Notes: generated from the letters alone by a model not told the origin. DNA of 64,000 nucleotides from Phormidesmis sp. (GCA_965248535.1 CBDFJR010000005.1:512001-576000), one strand, 5' to 3'; counted from the stretch's first letter, positions 21,243 through 31,623 are shown. Numbers and translations are program-made.

Positions 21243-21876
21243 GATCGCGTCCTTGACTAAAGTTTTGCAGAACCGAGGAATCCGTTTCACCGTTAGTATG
21301 GGCAGAAAAGCTGAGTTTCCTTCAAGGCACAACGTTTCTGCACGACGGCGATCAGAACAGGTCATTTTTAAGAATTGGCCATCCAGAATAGAGACCCAGA
21401 ATCTTCAAGCATTTTTGAAAAGCCTCAAGTTAAGGAAATTATTCTAGATATCACAAGATAACAGATAGAAACTCAGCATTAAGTTGAGATTTCTCAGCAA
21501 TCTGGCGGATCGGCTTCAGAGTTTGCCCAATTTTAGCCATCTGTGGGAGTTTATCGGGTGTTAGCAACACGTTAGGGTATGATATCGATTGATTTTTGTC
21601 TATTTGTGTCTATCTATAGAGTGCCGGTTGCTTCACCTCGGTAGAGATTAGCGATCGCCCAACAAATTGTGGCATCATCATCTATCATCAAGCTACTAGT
21701 TGCTTACCAGTGAATTGCCACAAAATTCTGATTTCCAAACCTTTATAACCGCTTAATTTATCTGTAATTTTACTGGCTTTAAGAATAAAATCTCTCAGTA
21801 AAATAACCCTTATTTGGGTTCTCTGAAATTTCGCTTCTCCTCAGTGTGACTTGAACCCTCTCGAATTAAAGTTCCA

Positions 21877-22578
21877 ATGGAAGATTGGCATAACCCGCGC
21901 GACAATTCCTCTAGTGTATCGATCGCCGCTGCTCCCTTTTTTGAAGGGTTGCCAGAGGCAGCCGTTGAGAAAGCAACTGCCCATGTGGTGATGCGAAGCC
22001 ATCCCGCTAACCAGGTCATTCTGTTAGAAAATGACTGGGGAAGCTCTGTGTATTTTATTTTGACGGGCTGGGTCAAGATCAGAACCTACAACCTTGATGG
22101 CAAGGAAGTCACCCTCAACATTTTGGGCAAAGGCGAACTCTTTGGCGAGATGGCACCCCTAGACGAAGTGCCCCGATCGACCGATGTGATCACCCTGGCT
22201 CCGACCGCGATCGGCAATATGCCTGCTCAAGATTTTGTGAGACTGCTCAACCACGAGCCACAAGCCGGGGTTAGACTGGCCCAACTGATGGCGCGTCGCC
22301 TGCGGCAGGTCAATCGGCGGCTGAGACTGCGAGAATCTGACAGCACCTCACGAGTTGCCGATATTTTGCTGTTTTTGGCAGAAGGGCAAGGCAAGCGCAG
22401 CCCTAAAGGCATTGAGATTCCAAACCTGCCTCACCGAGAATTGAGCAGCCTGAGCGGTTTAGCGAGAGAAACCGTAACCAGAGTGTTGAGCAAATTAGAA
22501 AAAAAAGGGTTGATTGAGCGCGATCGTGACACCCTTTGCATTCCCGACTCCCACGCGCTAGAGCGGCTGATGATTTAG
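21877..22578 (+). CDS. Crp/Fnr family regulator, cAMP receptor protein-like
   Basis: cNMP-binding GELFGEMAPLDEVPRSTDV; HTH LPHRELSSLSGLARETVTRVLSKL. Confidence 0.92.
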   Translation: MEDWHNPRDNSSSVSIAAAPFFEGLPEAAVEKATAHVVMRSHPANQVILLENDWGSSVYFILTGWVKIRTYNLDGKEVTLNILGKGELFGEMAPLDEVPRSTDVITLAPTAIGNMPAQDFVRLLNHEPQAGVRLAQLMARRLRQVNRRLRLRESDSTSRVADILLFLAEGQGKRSPKGIEIPNLPHRELSSLSGLARETVTRVLSKLEKKGLIERDRDTLCIPDSHALERLMI

Positions 22579-23321
22579 AGAATTGGCGACATCTTTAAGC
22601 AAGCCTGTAGGTCGAGTTGCAGCAGCTTTGGGTAGGGATCGACGATCGCGGGCTGACCTCGCAGAAACCCAGTATTTGCTCCAGGGCAAATAAATCGCAG
22701 CGTGCTGGGGGTGAACTGATCCACCAAGGTTTGGACATTGCGAATTTGACGAAGCCAATGAAAGGTCTTGGCCGTTCTAAGCGGGACGGGATTGCCGTGA
22801 CGATCGGGCACCAAATGCCGACCCGAAAACAGCACCCCTCCCCACGCCTGATGATAGAGACAGGCAGCCCCCGGAGAGTGACCCGAAGTCCAGATCAGGC
22901 GACTGTGAGCATTGAGGCTTAAGGCTGCTTGAAAGACCGTGACCGATAACCCCGGCAGCAAATAGGCCTCTTGCTCTTGAATCACAACTTCACAGCCTAA
23001 TGCCTGCTGAATGGCCCTAACGTTGCCCATGCCACCCCGATGCGTGATCACCAACCAGCGCACCCCCTGCGCCTGCAAAAAAGCCTGGTTTGTCTCATCC
23101 CAAGCCGGGCAGTCTACTAAGATATTGCCGTCTGTTTCTACAATGAGATAAGACGTTGCGCCCAAGGTGTGGCGATTGGGCGCAAAGGCAAAAACAGCGT
23201 CAGCAGAGCAGCCGTCTTCGCCCTTTAAAGCCAGACGGGGCGGCTTAGAAGCGGTCACCGTTTGACGAAATGAACTAGCCTGAAGAGGAGTGGAAGAGGA
23301 TGCAACGGGTTCTGAAGGCAC
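22575..23321 (-). CDS. MBL-fold metallo-hydrolase (cyanobacterial type)
   Basis: NILVDCP, ITHRGGMG, QEQEAYLLP, SGHSPG, LFSGRHL. Confidence 0.85.
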   Translation of the reverse strand: MPSEPVASSSTPLQASSFRQTVTASKPPRLALKGEDGCSADAVFAFAPNRHTLGATSYLIVETDGNILVDCPAWDETNQAFLQAQGVRWLVITHRGGMGNVRAIQQALGCEVVIQEQEAYLLPGLSVTVFQAALSLNAHSRLIWTSGHSPGAACLYHQAWGGVLFSGRHLVPDRHGNPVPLRTAKTFHWLRQIRNVQTLVDQFTPSTLRFICPGANTGFLRGQPAIVDPYPKLLQLDLQACLKMSPIL

Positions 23322-23599
23322 GGGTGTTATAAAAATCCTGACTGTGAGGCTGTCAACTTTGAGGGTGAGCGATCGCTCTTGCTAGTCTTGCCAGCTTATT
23401 AAGGAGGCTGCAAAGAGTGCAAAGGTGTTAGGCTTCACCAATTTAACTCATTGAAACGGTGGACGAACAGATTGGGCCAAGGGGGCTAGTGGGTTGAGTG
23501 TTATGTTTAAAGTCTGACTGGGCAGCTTTCAAAGACCAAACAAGGCTCTGTGGCGGCATTTTTGAATCGACTGCATCATAAATTTGTAACATTCAGCGC

Positions 23600-25087
23600 A
23601 TGAATTGGATCTGGTTACTGGTATTAGGACTGATTACCTACTTTATCGTGCAGAGAGTGACCGGAATCACTCGCACTCCCGTTTGGGCGCTGTGGTTGGT
23701 TGCGATGATGCCTGCGTTTTTGCTCACCACTTGGGCGATCGCATTTGGCACTCAGCGACGCATGCCCCTGGAGCTAGTGATTTTGCTGTTTGTGGGCTGT
23801 TTGGCACTGTATCTCTATCTAATTCAAAAAGGGCGAATTGCTCCGACTTCTGCGATCGATACGGCGGCTCACCCCCCGACTTCGACTTCTGAAACTCTCT
23901 CTGAGCAGCCGGCCGAGCCATCGATTTCGCGCCCGATTAACCAAGCCGAGGAAACCAGTTTGCAAGGCTGTTTTCCCTGGTCGGTCTATTATTTACAAAC
24001 TATTGAATATCGTCCGCAAGCGGTGATCTGTCGGGGGCAGCTACGCACCACGCCCGACGTGGCCTATAAGACCATTCAAGAAAACGTCGAAGGGAAGTTT
24101 GGCAATCGCTTCTTTGTCGTGTTTCAAGAAGGGCTAAACGATAAACCCTTCTTTGCGCTGGTGCCCAACCCTCAAGCCAGCCTAGAAGCCCGACAAGATC
24201 GACGGCTCACTCGTCCTGGTGTGGCGCTAGGTCTAGCGGCGATGACGTTACTCACGACGACGCTGGCAGGGTCAGAAATTGCTGGAAAACAGCCCACTTT
24301 AGAAGCCTCGGTGCTGATGCAAGGGTTGCCTTATGCACTGGCAATCATGGGTTTTTTTGCGGTGCGATCGCTGGCCTGTTATTGGACGACTCGCCGCTAC
24401 CGCGTTGCCGCCACCTTGCCTTACTTTATTCCCGTCATTCCCCTGCCGCTGCTGCCCTTGGGAACGGTTGGGTCATTTATTCAACTGCGATCGCCGATTC
24501 CCGATCGCAAGGCGCTGTTTGATGTGGGCGTGATTGGCGCATTGGCAGGAATGGCGATCGCGATCCCCCTCCTGTTTTGGGGCTTAGATCATTCCAGCGT
24601 GGTCGCCCTGCCGCCCAAACCTGGAGCCGGACTCCTCAGCTTTGAGGCACTGAATCCTAAATATTCTCTCGTGTTGGCAGTGTTAGGAAAATTAGCCCTC
24701 GGCAGCCAGTTAGCGGCTCAAAAGGCGATTAATTTGCACCCGATCGCCGTCGCAGGCTGGATTGGCTTACTGTTTAGCGCTTTTAACCTCATGCCCGTCG
24801 GACAGTTGGATGGCGGCCGCATGGTTCACGCGATGTTTGGGCAACGCACCGGAGCGGCGATCGGGCAGGTTTCTCGACTGCTGCTGTTGATTCTCTCCTT
24901 TGCTCAACAACATCTGCTGCTGTGGGCCATTTTGCTCTTGCTGCTGCCTGCCACTGACGAGCCTGCACTAAACGATGTGACGGAGCTAAACAACGCTCGC
25001 GACGTGATTGGGCTATTGACCCTGGCGCTGGTGCTGCTGATTATTTTGCCTGCGCCTAAAGTCGCGCTGGCGTGGTTGAGTCTGTAA
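23600..25087 (+). CDS. Site-2 protease (M50) family membrane protein, probably catalytically inactive
   Basis: CFPWSVYYLQ, ATLPYFIP, GTVGSFIQLRSPIPDRKALFDV, FNLMPVGQLDGG, ALNDVTEL; the HExxH position reads RSLAC. Confidence 0.88.
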   Translation: MNWIWLLVLGLITYFIVQRVTGITRTPVWALWLVAMMPAFLLTTWAIAFGTQRRMPLELVILLFVGCLALYLYLIQKGRIAPTSAIDTAAHPPTSTSETLSEQPAEPSISRPINQAEETSLQGCFPWSVYYLQTIEYRPQAVICRGQLRTTPDVAYKTIQENVEGKFGNRFFVVFQEGLNDKPFFALVPNPQASLEARQDRRLTRPGVALGLAAMTLLTTTLAGSEIAGKQPTLEASVLMQGLPYALAIMGFFAVRSLACYWTTRRYRVAATLPYFIPVIPLPLLPLGTVGSFIQLRSPIPDRKALFDVGVIGALAGMAIAIPLLFWGLDHSSVVALPPKPGAGLLSFEALNPKYSLVLAVLGKLALGSQLAAQKAINLHPIAVAGWIGLLFSAFNLMPVGQLDGGRMVHAMFGQRTGAAIGQVSRLLLLILSFAQQHLLLWAILLLLLPATDEPALNDVTELNNARDVIGLLTLALVLLIILPAPKVALAWLSL

Positions 25088-25092
25088 AATGT

Positions 25093-26421
25093 ATGGATAA
25101 TCAAGTCGCGGCTGCTCAAATCCTGCATCGCAATCTGCTCTCATTGCTGGTCTATCGAGAGATTTTGAGCGATCGGGTCGGGCAAGCCTTCTTAACGGTG
25201 TTGCAGGCGATCGCTGGTGCAGACAGTGCGATTGCGCTTCAGGCTTATGGCGCGTGGTTTTCAGCGCTGGCTGACCGCAATCAGGGCTGGCAAGACTATT
25301 TGCTCGATCGGCTTTTGACCGCAGAGAATGCTTTTTCGCGTCATGGGCAAAAAGAGGCCCTCCCTTCTGCCTTGATCAAAGCAGTCAAGCGCGATCTACA
25401 GATATTACAAAGTCTTTATGGCTGTCAGAGTCAGCAAATCTGTGAGTGGGTGAGTCAACAGACTGGATTGGAACCATTAACCGCTTGGTCAGATGAATTG
25501 TCTCCAAACACAACGGCGAGCTTTTCTGAGGGGAGCTTTTCTGAAGCGATCGCTGCACCGCTCAAGACCCAGCTAAAAACGATGCCAGATTGGGCAGAAG
25601 CTGTAGAGGCGCTATCAGCCTACTATCATAAATTTGGGACGGGGATTTTTGCCCAATATCGAGCATTTCGCTGGCAAAATGGGCAACTGGTGGCGATCGC
25701 GCACCCCGACTCGCTGCGGGCATCTGATCTGATTGGCTATGAACCTCAGCGCGAGATGCTGCTTAAAAACACAGCGTTTCTATTGTCAGGGCACGCAGCG
25801 CTGCATATCTTACTTTATGGCAGTCGCGGATCGGGGAAGTCTTCGCTCATAAAGTCGCTGCTGCGAGAATATCACGATCGTCCGTTGCGGCTGATCGAAG
25901 TCGGCAAATCTGAACTCAAAGATCTGCCCACGATCGTTGAGCCGCTGCGAGATTTACCGCAAAAATTCATCATTTTTGTCGATGATTTATCGTTTGAAGA
26001 AGATGACGACGCTTATAAAGCGCTAAAAGTGGTTCTAGAAGGCAATCTCACGGCACGTCCTCAAAATGTGGTGGTCTATGCCACCTCAAATCGACGGCAT
26101 TTAGTGCGCGAGTTTTTTGACGATCGTCCTCGGCCCAAAGATGCCGACGAAATTCATCACTGGGACACCGTGCAGGAAAAATTATCGTTTAGCGATCGCT
26201 TCGGGTTAACCCTCACGTTTGAGCCTGCAAATCAAGCCACTTATCTAAACATGATTCACCATCTCGCGCAACAGGCGGGGATCACGTTGGAGCCGGAAGA
26301 TTTAGACTATCGAGCGTTGCAGTGGGCAACCCGACACAACGGACGATCGGGCAGAACTGCGCGGCAGTTTATCGATTTTTTGCAGGCCGATTTATCTCTA
26401 GTTGAGCTATCAAATCAATGA
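25093..26421 (+). CDS. DUF815 family AAA+ ATP-binding protein
   Basis: GSRGSGKSS, FVDDLSFE, YATSNRRHL, EKLSFSDRFG, GRSGRTARQF. Confidence 0.92.
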   Translation: MDNQVAAAQILHRNLLSLLVYREILSDRVGQAFLTVLQAIAGADSAIALQAYGAWFSALADRNQGWQDYLLDRLLTAENAFSRHGQKEALPSALIKAVKRDLQILQSLYGCQSQQICEWVSQQTGLEPLTAWSDELSPNTTASFSEGSFSEAIAAPLKTQLKTMPDWAEAVEALSAYYHKFGTGIFAQYRAFRWQNGQLVAIAHPDSLRASDLIGYEPQREMLLKNTAFLLSGHAALHILLYGSRGSGKSSLIKSLLREYHDRPLRLIEVGKSELKDLPTIVEPLRDLPQKFIIFVDDLSFEEDDDAYKALKVVLEGNLTARPQNVVVYATSNRRHLVREFFDDRPRPKDADEIHHWDTVQEKLSFSDRFGLTLTFEPANQATYLNMIHHLAQQAGITLEPEDLDYRALQWATRHNGRSGRTARQFIDFLQADLSLVELSNQ

Positions 26422-26819
26422 CCTTTATCTACCAACGAACGGTGCGCTTTGAAGACACCGATGCGGCTGGCGTTGTTTATTTTGCTAATGTTCTCAAGAT
26501 TTGCCATGAGGCTTATGAAGAAGTTTTGATCACCGCAGGCATTGATTTAAAATCATTTTTTCGAGACTCTGATGTTGCGGTTCCCATTGTTCATGCCGAT
26601 GTTGATTTTTTTCGTCCTTTGCACTGTGGCGATCGCTTACTAGTTCAAATCAATCCCCATCCCATTAACGACAGTGAGTTTGAAATTATCTATGAGATTG
26701 GGTTAGCCGATTTCGATCGTCCTGCGAGTCGAGCCTCTACGCGCCATGTCTGCATCGATCCAATCAGTCGATCGAGAAAAGAATTGCCGCCTAAACTGCG
26801 TCAGTGGGTGCAGCACTGA
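26418..26819 (+). CDS. Acyl-CoA thioesterase (4HBT family; DHNA-CoA hydrolase-like)
   Basis: RTVRFEDTDAAGVVYFAN...CHEAYEE; ATGA overlap with the upstream stop. Confidence 0.88.
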   Translation: MTFIYQRTVRFEDTDAAGVVYFANVLKICHEAYEEVLITAGIDLKSFFRDSDVAVPIVHADVDFFRPLHCGDRLLVQINPHPINDSEFEIIYEIGLADFDRPASRASTRHVCIDPISRSRKELPPKLRQWVQH

Positions 26820-26820
26820 T

Positions 26821-28580
26821 CTACTTTTGGTTGAGAATGCACTGCCCATCAAGGATCGTGACTCCGCCCGCGATCGTCAGGCGACACTGTGGCATAATTT
26901 TAGCGATCGCGCTTGGCTTGCCCGCCTTTAGGTGAGCGATCGCCCGCCCGGTTTCAGGCTCAAACAGTCGAAACCAGCGATAGCTTCGCAGATATTCAGG
27001 CTTAAAAGCGGCTGGATCAAGCAGCCAATAGTCAACGTGATAGCGCTCAATTAGCCGTTTTGCAGGCATCAGATCAGGGCTGTATTGGGCCTCTAAAAGC
27101 TCCAGCATTCGTTGACGAATCTGACGATAATAGCCCAGATGAAACGGCACTGCATATTCTTGAGCGGTGAGCGTAGACCGCTGACCAAACATCGGCAAAT
27201 TGCTGCCATCTAGCCCCAAATAAGCCGTCAAGCTTGACGTTGGGCTGGCTTGCAAAAATCGATAAAGCTCCGGGTTGCCGCCCGTGACATAGCCCGTGTT
27301 AGGAAACTCCTTCCACACCAGATGAGGATAGAGCGCGGCGGCCACTAGCAAGGTGCCAATCAGCCCAGACACCAGCAGAGAGCGAACGGACGATCGGGCT
27401 TGCCGAGACCAGTTCAGCAGTGAGTTTAGCCCGATCGCTAAAACAATGCCTGCCGCCACCGCCATAACCACTCGCCAGCTATGGGTCGTGTAGCGGCTGG
27501 GAAAATGGAGTTTAACAAACATCAGGTGAGCCAGAAAAAATCCCACTACGCCGGATAGCGCTAACTGGGGCAGAAGTTTCCAGTCCGATCTCAGTTCTTT
27601 TAAAAGCGGAATCTGTGGGCGAAATCTTAGCAGACCTGGCAACAATAGCCCGATCGTGATCAACGGGGATTTGAGGTGACCTGAATGCCGCTATCGGTGC
27701 CATCTAGCCAAAACCCAAAAAAACTGGGGAAGAAGAAAGGCAATCGTCCGCCTGGCAAAAACTCAGGCATAATGCGGGCTTGAGCCGCCGTCACCGTCGG
27801 CGCAAACTCTGATTGACTCAGCCCATAGGGAAGCAGAGTGACGATCGCTAAAACCAAGATTCCTAATTCTGCGCGCCGTGGTTTTGGAAATAAGTTAGCT
27901 GCAATCCATGATCGTAGTGAAGAACGCTTTGAGATATTTTTTAGATTGAATTGGATAGTGCTTCTAATAAACCATAGATAACGCAAGCTGATAAATAAGG
28001 TGATTAGAATTGCCGCTAGGGGACAAAACAACCCCATAATCAAAACCGTGATTGCTAAGGGAATCCAGTTCTTTCTCACCAGATAATAGAGAAAAGCAGT
28101 CAGCAATAATTCCCAAAACGATCGCGGAGATGCAGAAGCGATATCATCTCGCTGCCAGCAGCTTTGCAGCAAAATCACACTGCTAAAAAAGCCAGCGATC
28201 GGAATCGGAAACAACAGCACCGTTAGCCGATAGCCATACCAGCCCACCAGCAGACTGAGCGGCAGCGGCAGCAATTTGCTCAACACCAGCGGAGAGATTC
28301 CCACATTTGCCATCCCGCGATAGAGCGCCCCCAGACCCCAAGGAGTGACCGACTGAAAATAATCTGCCATTAAATCATGGGGAAAGAGTTGTGGGTCGAG
28401 AAATCGCTGCATCCAGATCAGATAAACTCGCGCATCGTCCTGAATCACATAGTCGCTAGAAAACGCCTCCTGCAATGACAGTCCGCCATAGAATGCGGCA
28501 AACGCTAAACTCAGCACCAGCCAAAGTTCTGCTGATCGAAAACGGGATGCGATCGCCCCAAAAACAGCGCGACTATTCAT
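26821..28580 (-). pseudogene. Polytopic membrane protein (possibly glycosyltransferase-like) split by a 1-nt frameshift at about 27665
   Basis: ORFs 27660-28580 and 26821-27663 overlap by 4 nt; one extra C in the C4 run restores ...NPPLITIGLLL; motifs QDDARV, FPHDLMADYF, LHFPSRY, QEYAVPFHLGYY. Confidence 0.65.
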
Positions 28581-28892
28581 ATAAATCCGTCTGCCGATCT
28601 CCAGCAGGAAGCAACTAATGTGCTGCTAAGACTATCACAGGTTGATTGACCTAAAATTCGTCACTAGCCTCGATCGCAATCTCCACAGCCCAGCTTCACC
28701 TTTTGACGGCTCACAAAATATTCGGCCCTTTCTTCGTTTTAACGATTAGACTATATGTAGTCGTAATGACTTCGTTTTGGTAGCTGCGAGTTTCCTTGCT
28801 GTTGACATAGGCAACTTTGCTCTAATTTTCGCAAACTGAAGCGTGAGTCCTTCATTCAAATAGCTATTAATCACACAAAGGAAGACTTAATC

Positions 28893-29438
28893 ATGGTGAA
28901 AATCGTTGCGATCGGAGGAAGCCTACGATCGGGTTCCTCCACCTATCTCGCCCTTCAGCAAGCCGTCGATCGTCTCACCGCTTTGGGTGCTGAGGTCACA
29001 CTGCTGGATTTGCGAACGATGAATCTGCCATTCTGCGATGGCGGCGATGACTATTCGGGTTATCCCGATGTTAAGCGCCTGCAAAATGCCGTTAAAGCCG
29101 CAGACGCGATCGTGCTCGCCAGCCCCGAATATCACGGCAGCGTCAGCGGAGTGCTAAAAAACGCCCTCGATTTGATGGGCTTTGAAGAGATGGCAGGCAA
29201 AGTCACTGGGCTAATCAGCGTCTTAGGCGGGCAGGCAAACAGCAACGCCCTCAACGATCTGCGCTTAATTATGCGGTGGGTGAATGCGTGGGTAATTCCT
29301 GAACAAATTGGCATCGCGCAGGCATGGCAAGCCTTTGACGACGATGGCAAACTTTTGGATGAAAAACTCGCCCAACGCTTCGATCGCTTCGCCCAAAGCC
29401 TAGTTGACAACACTCGCAAGCTGCGCGGCGTAAATTAA
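28893..29438 (+). CDS. NADPH-dependent FMN reductase
   Basis: GGSLRSGS, SPEYHGSVSGVLKNALD; AAGGAAG RBS. Confidence 0.93.
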   Translation: MVKIVAIGGSLRSGSSTYLALQQAVDRLTALGAEVTLLDLRTMNLPFCDGGDDYSGYPDVKRLQNAVKAADAIVLASPEYHGSVSGVLKNALDLMGFEEMAGKVTGLISVLGGQANSNALNDLRLIMRWVNAWVIPEQIGIAQAWQAFDDDGKLLDEKLAQRFDRFAQSLVDNTRKLRGVN

Positions 29439-29466
29439 AGATAGGTTAAATTCAGGAGTTTTTAAG

Positions 29467-31287
29467 ATGACTGCATCGATCGTAGTTTCCCCCAATTCAA
29501 ATCTATCCGACAGCCCGCAAGAGTGGGATTTGTCTGATCTCTATCAAGGTTTCGGCGACCCCAAATTAGCGCAGGATTTAGACAGTCTGCAAACAGAGGC
29601 AGCAGCATTTCGCCACCAGTTTCGTGGTCAGGTCACCACGTTAACGCCCGATCAGCTAGCGGCGTGTTTTAAACGATTGGAAGCGATCGCTGAAAAATCT
29701 GGCTATCTCTACTCATTTCCCTCGCTGATCTTCTGTGCCGACACTCGCAACACCGAGGCAAAACAGTTTCTAGACAACGTGATGGAGGCGCTGACAGGAG
29801 TCGAAAACCAGCTTTTGTTCTTTGACTTAGAGTTGCAAAAACTAGAGGCTGGGCAGTTCGTCACTCTCCAAACCTCAGCCGTTTTAGAACCTTATCGCCA
29901 CTATTTAAGTCAGATTGCAAAATATCGTCTGCACACGCTGTCTGAAGACGTTGAGCAGACTCGCAATCAAGACAGTTTGACGGGGCGACAGGCATTTATC
30001 CAACTGCGATCGGTTCACCTCGGTGAGCAAACCTACCAACCTGTCACGACTCCCGACGGCAAAACGGCCATCACCGAAGCCGACCTAGGCGCGTTGCTCT
30101 TTCACCCAAACGCAGAGACTCGCTACGCCGCTTATCAGTCAGTTCGCCAGGTGATGAATCAGCACAACTCTCTCTATGGCTTCATCTTGAGCACAGTGGC
30201 CCAAGATCACAAGATCGAGAACCAGATGCGAAGCTATGACTCAACGTTGCACAAGCAATTGCTCGCCGATGAAGTCTCAGAGCCAGTGTTTCGCGCCATT
30301 ATGGAAGGCACTCACAGTCGCTTTGATTTGTTCCAGCGATATTATCGGCTCAAGGGAGCAGCCATTGGTCAAAAAATTCGCACCTGTGACGTGTATGCAC
30401 CTTGGACAACAGGCAATGAGCAAATCGCTCCAATCCCCTATAAAGCGGGAGTTGAGACCCTAATAGCTGCCTTAGATCAGTTTGATGCCAACTATGCCCG
30501 TCGAGCCGAGGAATTCTTTTTGAAAAACTGGGTCGATGCTAAAGTTCGGCAGGGTAAGCAGGGCGGAGCGTTTTGCAACTATATCTACGGCAAACACAGC
30601 TATTTGTTGCTTTCTTACACCGACGACTACAACTCGCTGTTTACCCTTGCTCACGAGATGGGGCACGGGCTGCACTTTGCGTGGATCGACGATCGCCAAA
30701 CCTATTTCAACAGCAATCCGCCGATGGTGCTGGCAGAAATCGCTTCGACATTCAATGAGTTGTTGTTATTGGATTATTTACTCAAACAGGCAAAAGACGA
30801 CAAAGCGTTAACAAAATCTCTGATTACTCGCCAATTGGAAGATCAGCTAAGTCTGCTGTTTCGGCAGAGCACGATTAGCCGATTAGAGTTGGCGGTGCAC
30901 GATCGGGCGACTCAGGGCAGTTTTAACCACGAGTTTGTCAATAAAGAGTGGACAAAACTCTATCAAGAACTCTGCGGCGATGCGGTAGAAGTGCTACCCG
31001 AACATCAATATGACTGGGCGCGAATTGGACACATTTATTTCAAGCCGTTTTATTGCTATCAATACACCGCGTCGAATATCGTCAGCTTGGCGTGCTACCA
31101 AAAATATCTTGAAGTCGGCAAAGAGTTCATTCCTGGCTATCTAGAGCTATTGGCGGCTGGCGGCAGCATCGATCAAGTGACTGCCCTGCGTCAATATGTC
31201 GGGGTTGACCTTGAAGATCCTGAGACAATTCGCGGGGCGTTGACTTATGTTGAAAAATTGTTAGACCAACTTCAATCAACGCTTTAG
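29467..31287 (+). CDS. pepF: M3 family oligoendopeptidase F
   Basis: EWDLSDLY, GKQGGAFC, TLAHEMGHGLH, LAEIASTFNE, PFYCYQY. Confidence 0.9.
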   Translation: MTASIVVSPNSNLSDSPQEWDLSDLYQGFGDPKLAQDLDSLQTEAAAFRHQFRGQVTTLTPDQLAACFKRLEAIAEKSGYLYSFPSLIFCADTRNTEAKQFLDNVMEALTGVENQLLFFDLELQKLEAGQFVTLQTSAVLEPYRHYLSQIAKYRLHTLSEDVEQTRNQDSLTGRQAFIQLRSVHLGEQTYQPVTTPDGKTAITEADLGALLFHPNAETRYAAYQSVRQVMNQHNSLYGFILSTVAQDHKIENQMRSYDSTLHKQLLADEVSEPVFRAIMEGTHSRFDLFQRYYRLKGAAIGQKIRTCDVYAPWTTGNEQIAPIPYKAGVETLIAALDQFDANYARRAEEFFLKNWVDAKVRQGKQGGAFCNYIYGKHSYLLLSYTDDYNSLFTLAHEMGHGLHFAWIDDRQTYFNSNPPMVLAEIASTFNELLLLDYLLKQAKDDKALTKSLITRQLEDQLSLLFRQSTISRLELAVHDRATQGSFNHEFVNKEWTKLYQELCGDAVEVLPEHQYDWARIGHIYFKPFYCYQYTASNIVSLACYQKYLEVGKEFIPGYLELLAAGGSIDQVTALRQYVGVDLEDPETIRGALTYVEKLLDQLQSTL

Positions 31288-31348
31288 ACTGAGCACAACA
31301 AATCTGACAATCGGTTTGGTAGGGATGTTTCAGAAAATGTCCCTTTCT

Positions 31349-31594
31349 TTATTTCTGGGGTTGGTCAACTTGAAGTTGTTGAAGTTGAGCGGTCGTGAGT
31401 CCAGTCACTTCGGCGATCGTCTTTAAAGGAAGGGTTTTCTGGATCAGATTGAGCGCGATCGCCTGCCGCTCTTCTTGTCGAACTTTCTGTGTAACTTTTT
31501 GGATAACTCGCTGCTCAATGCGCTCCTCGGTCTGCTGTTCCCACGCTAAAAATGCTTCCGATAGGGCTATCAGTGCCTCCTGTCTGCTAACGTC
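31349..31594 (-). pseudogene. Orphan C-terminal module of an Rpn/transposase_31-like protein (about 73-81 aa), absent from the ORF track
   Basis: Reads DVSRQEALIALSEAFLAWEQQTEERIEQRVIQKVTQKVRQEERQAIALNLIQKTLPLKTIAEVTGLTTAQLQQLQVDQPQK*; in-frame TAA upstream at 31595-31597; AGGAGG at 31576-31581. Confidence 0.7.
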
Positions 31595-31623
31595 TTAAGC
31601 GCGCATAGTTCTTTTTGCTCCTG

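Noticed and set aside
21366..21876. CRP autoregulatory site or ncRNA upstream of the crp-like gene
   Set aside because: No good TGTGA-N6-TCACA match and no recognisable RNA structure
22575..23321. Degenerate MBL metal motif (THRGGMG) as a sign of pseudogenisation
   Set aside because: The ORF is intact, and as far as I recall this variant is typical of the cyanobacterial subfamily
31395..31598. Plus-strand 67-aa ORF
   Set aside because: Antisense shadow of the minus-strand Rpn-like fragment
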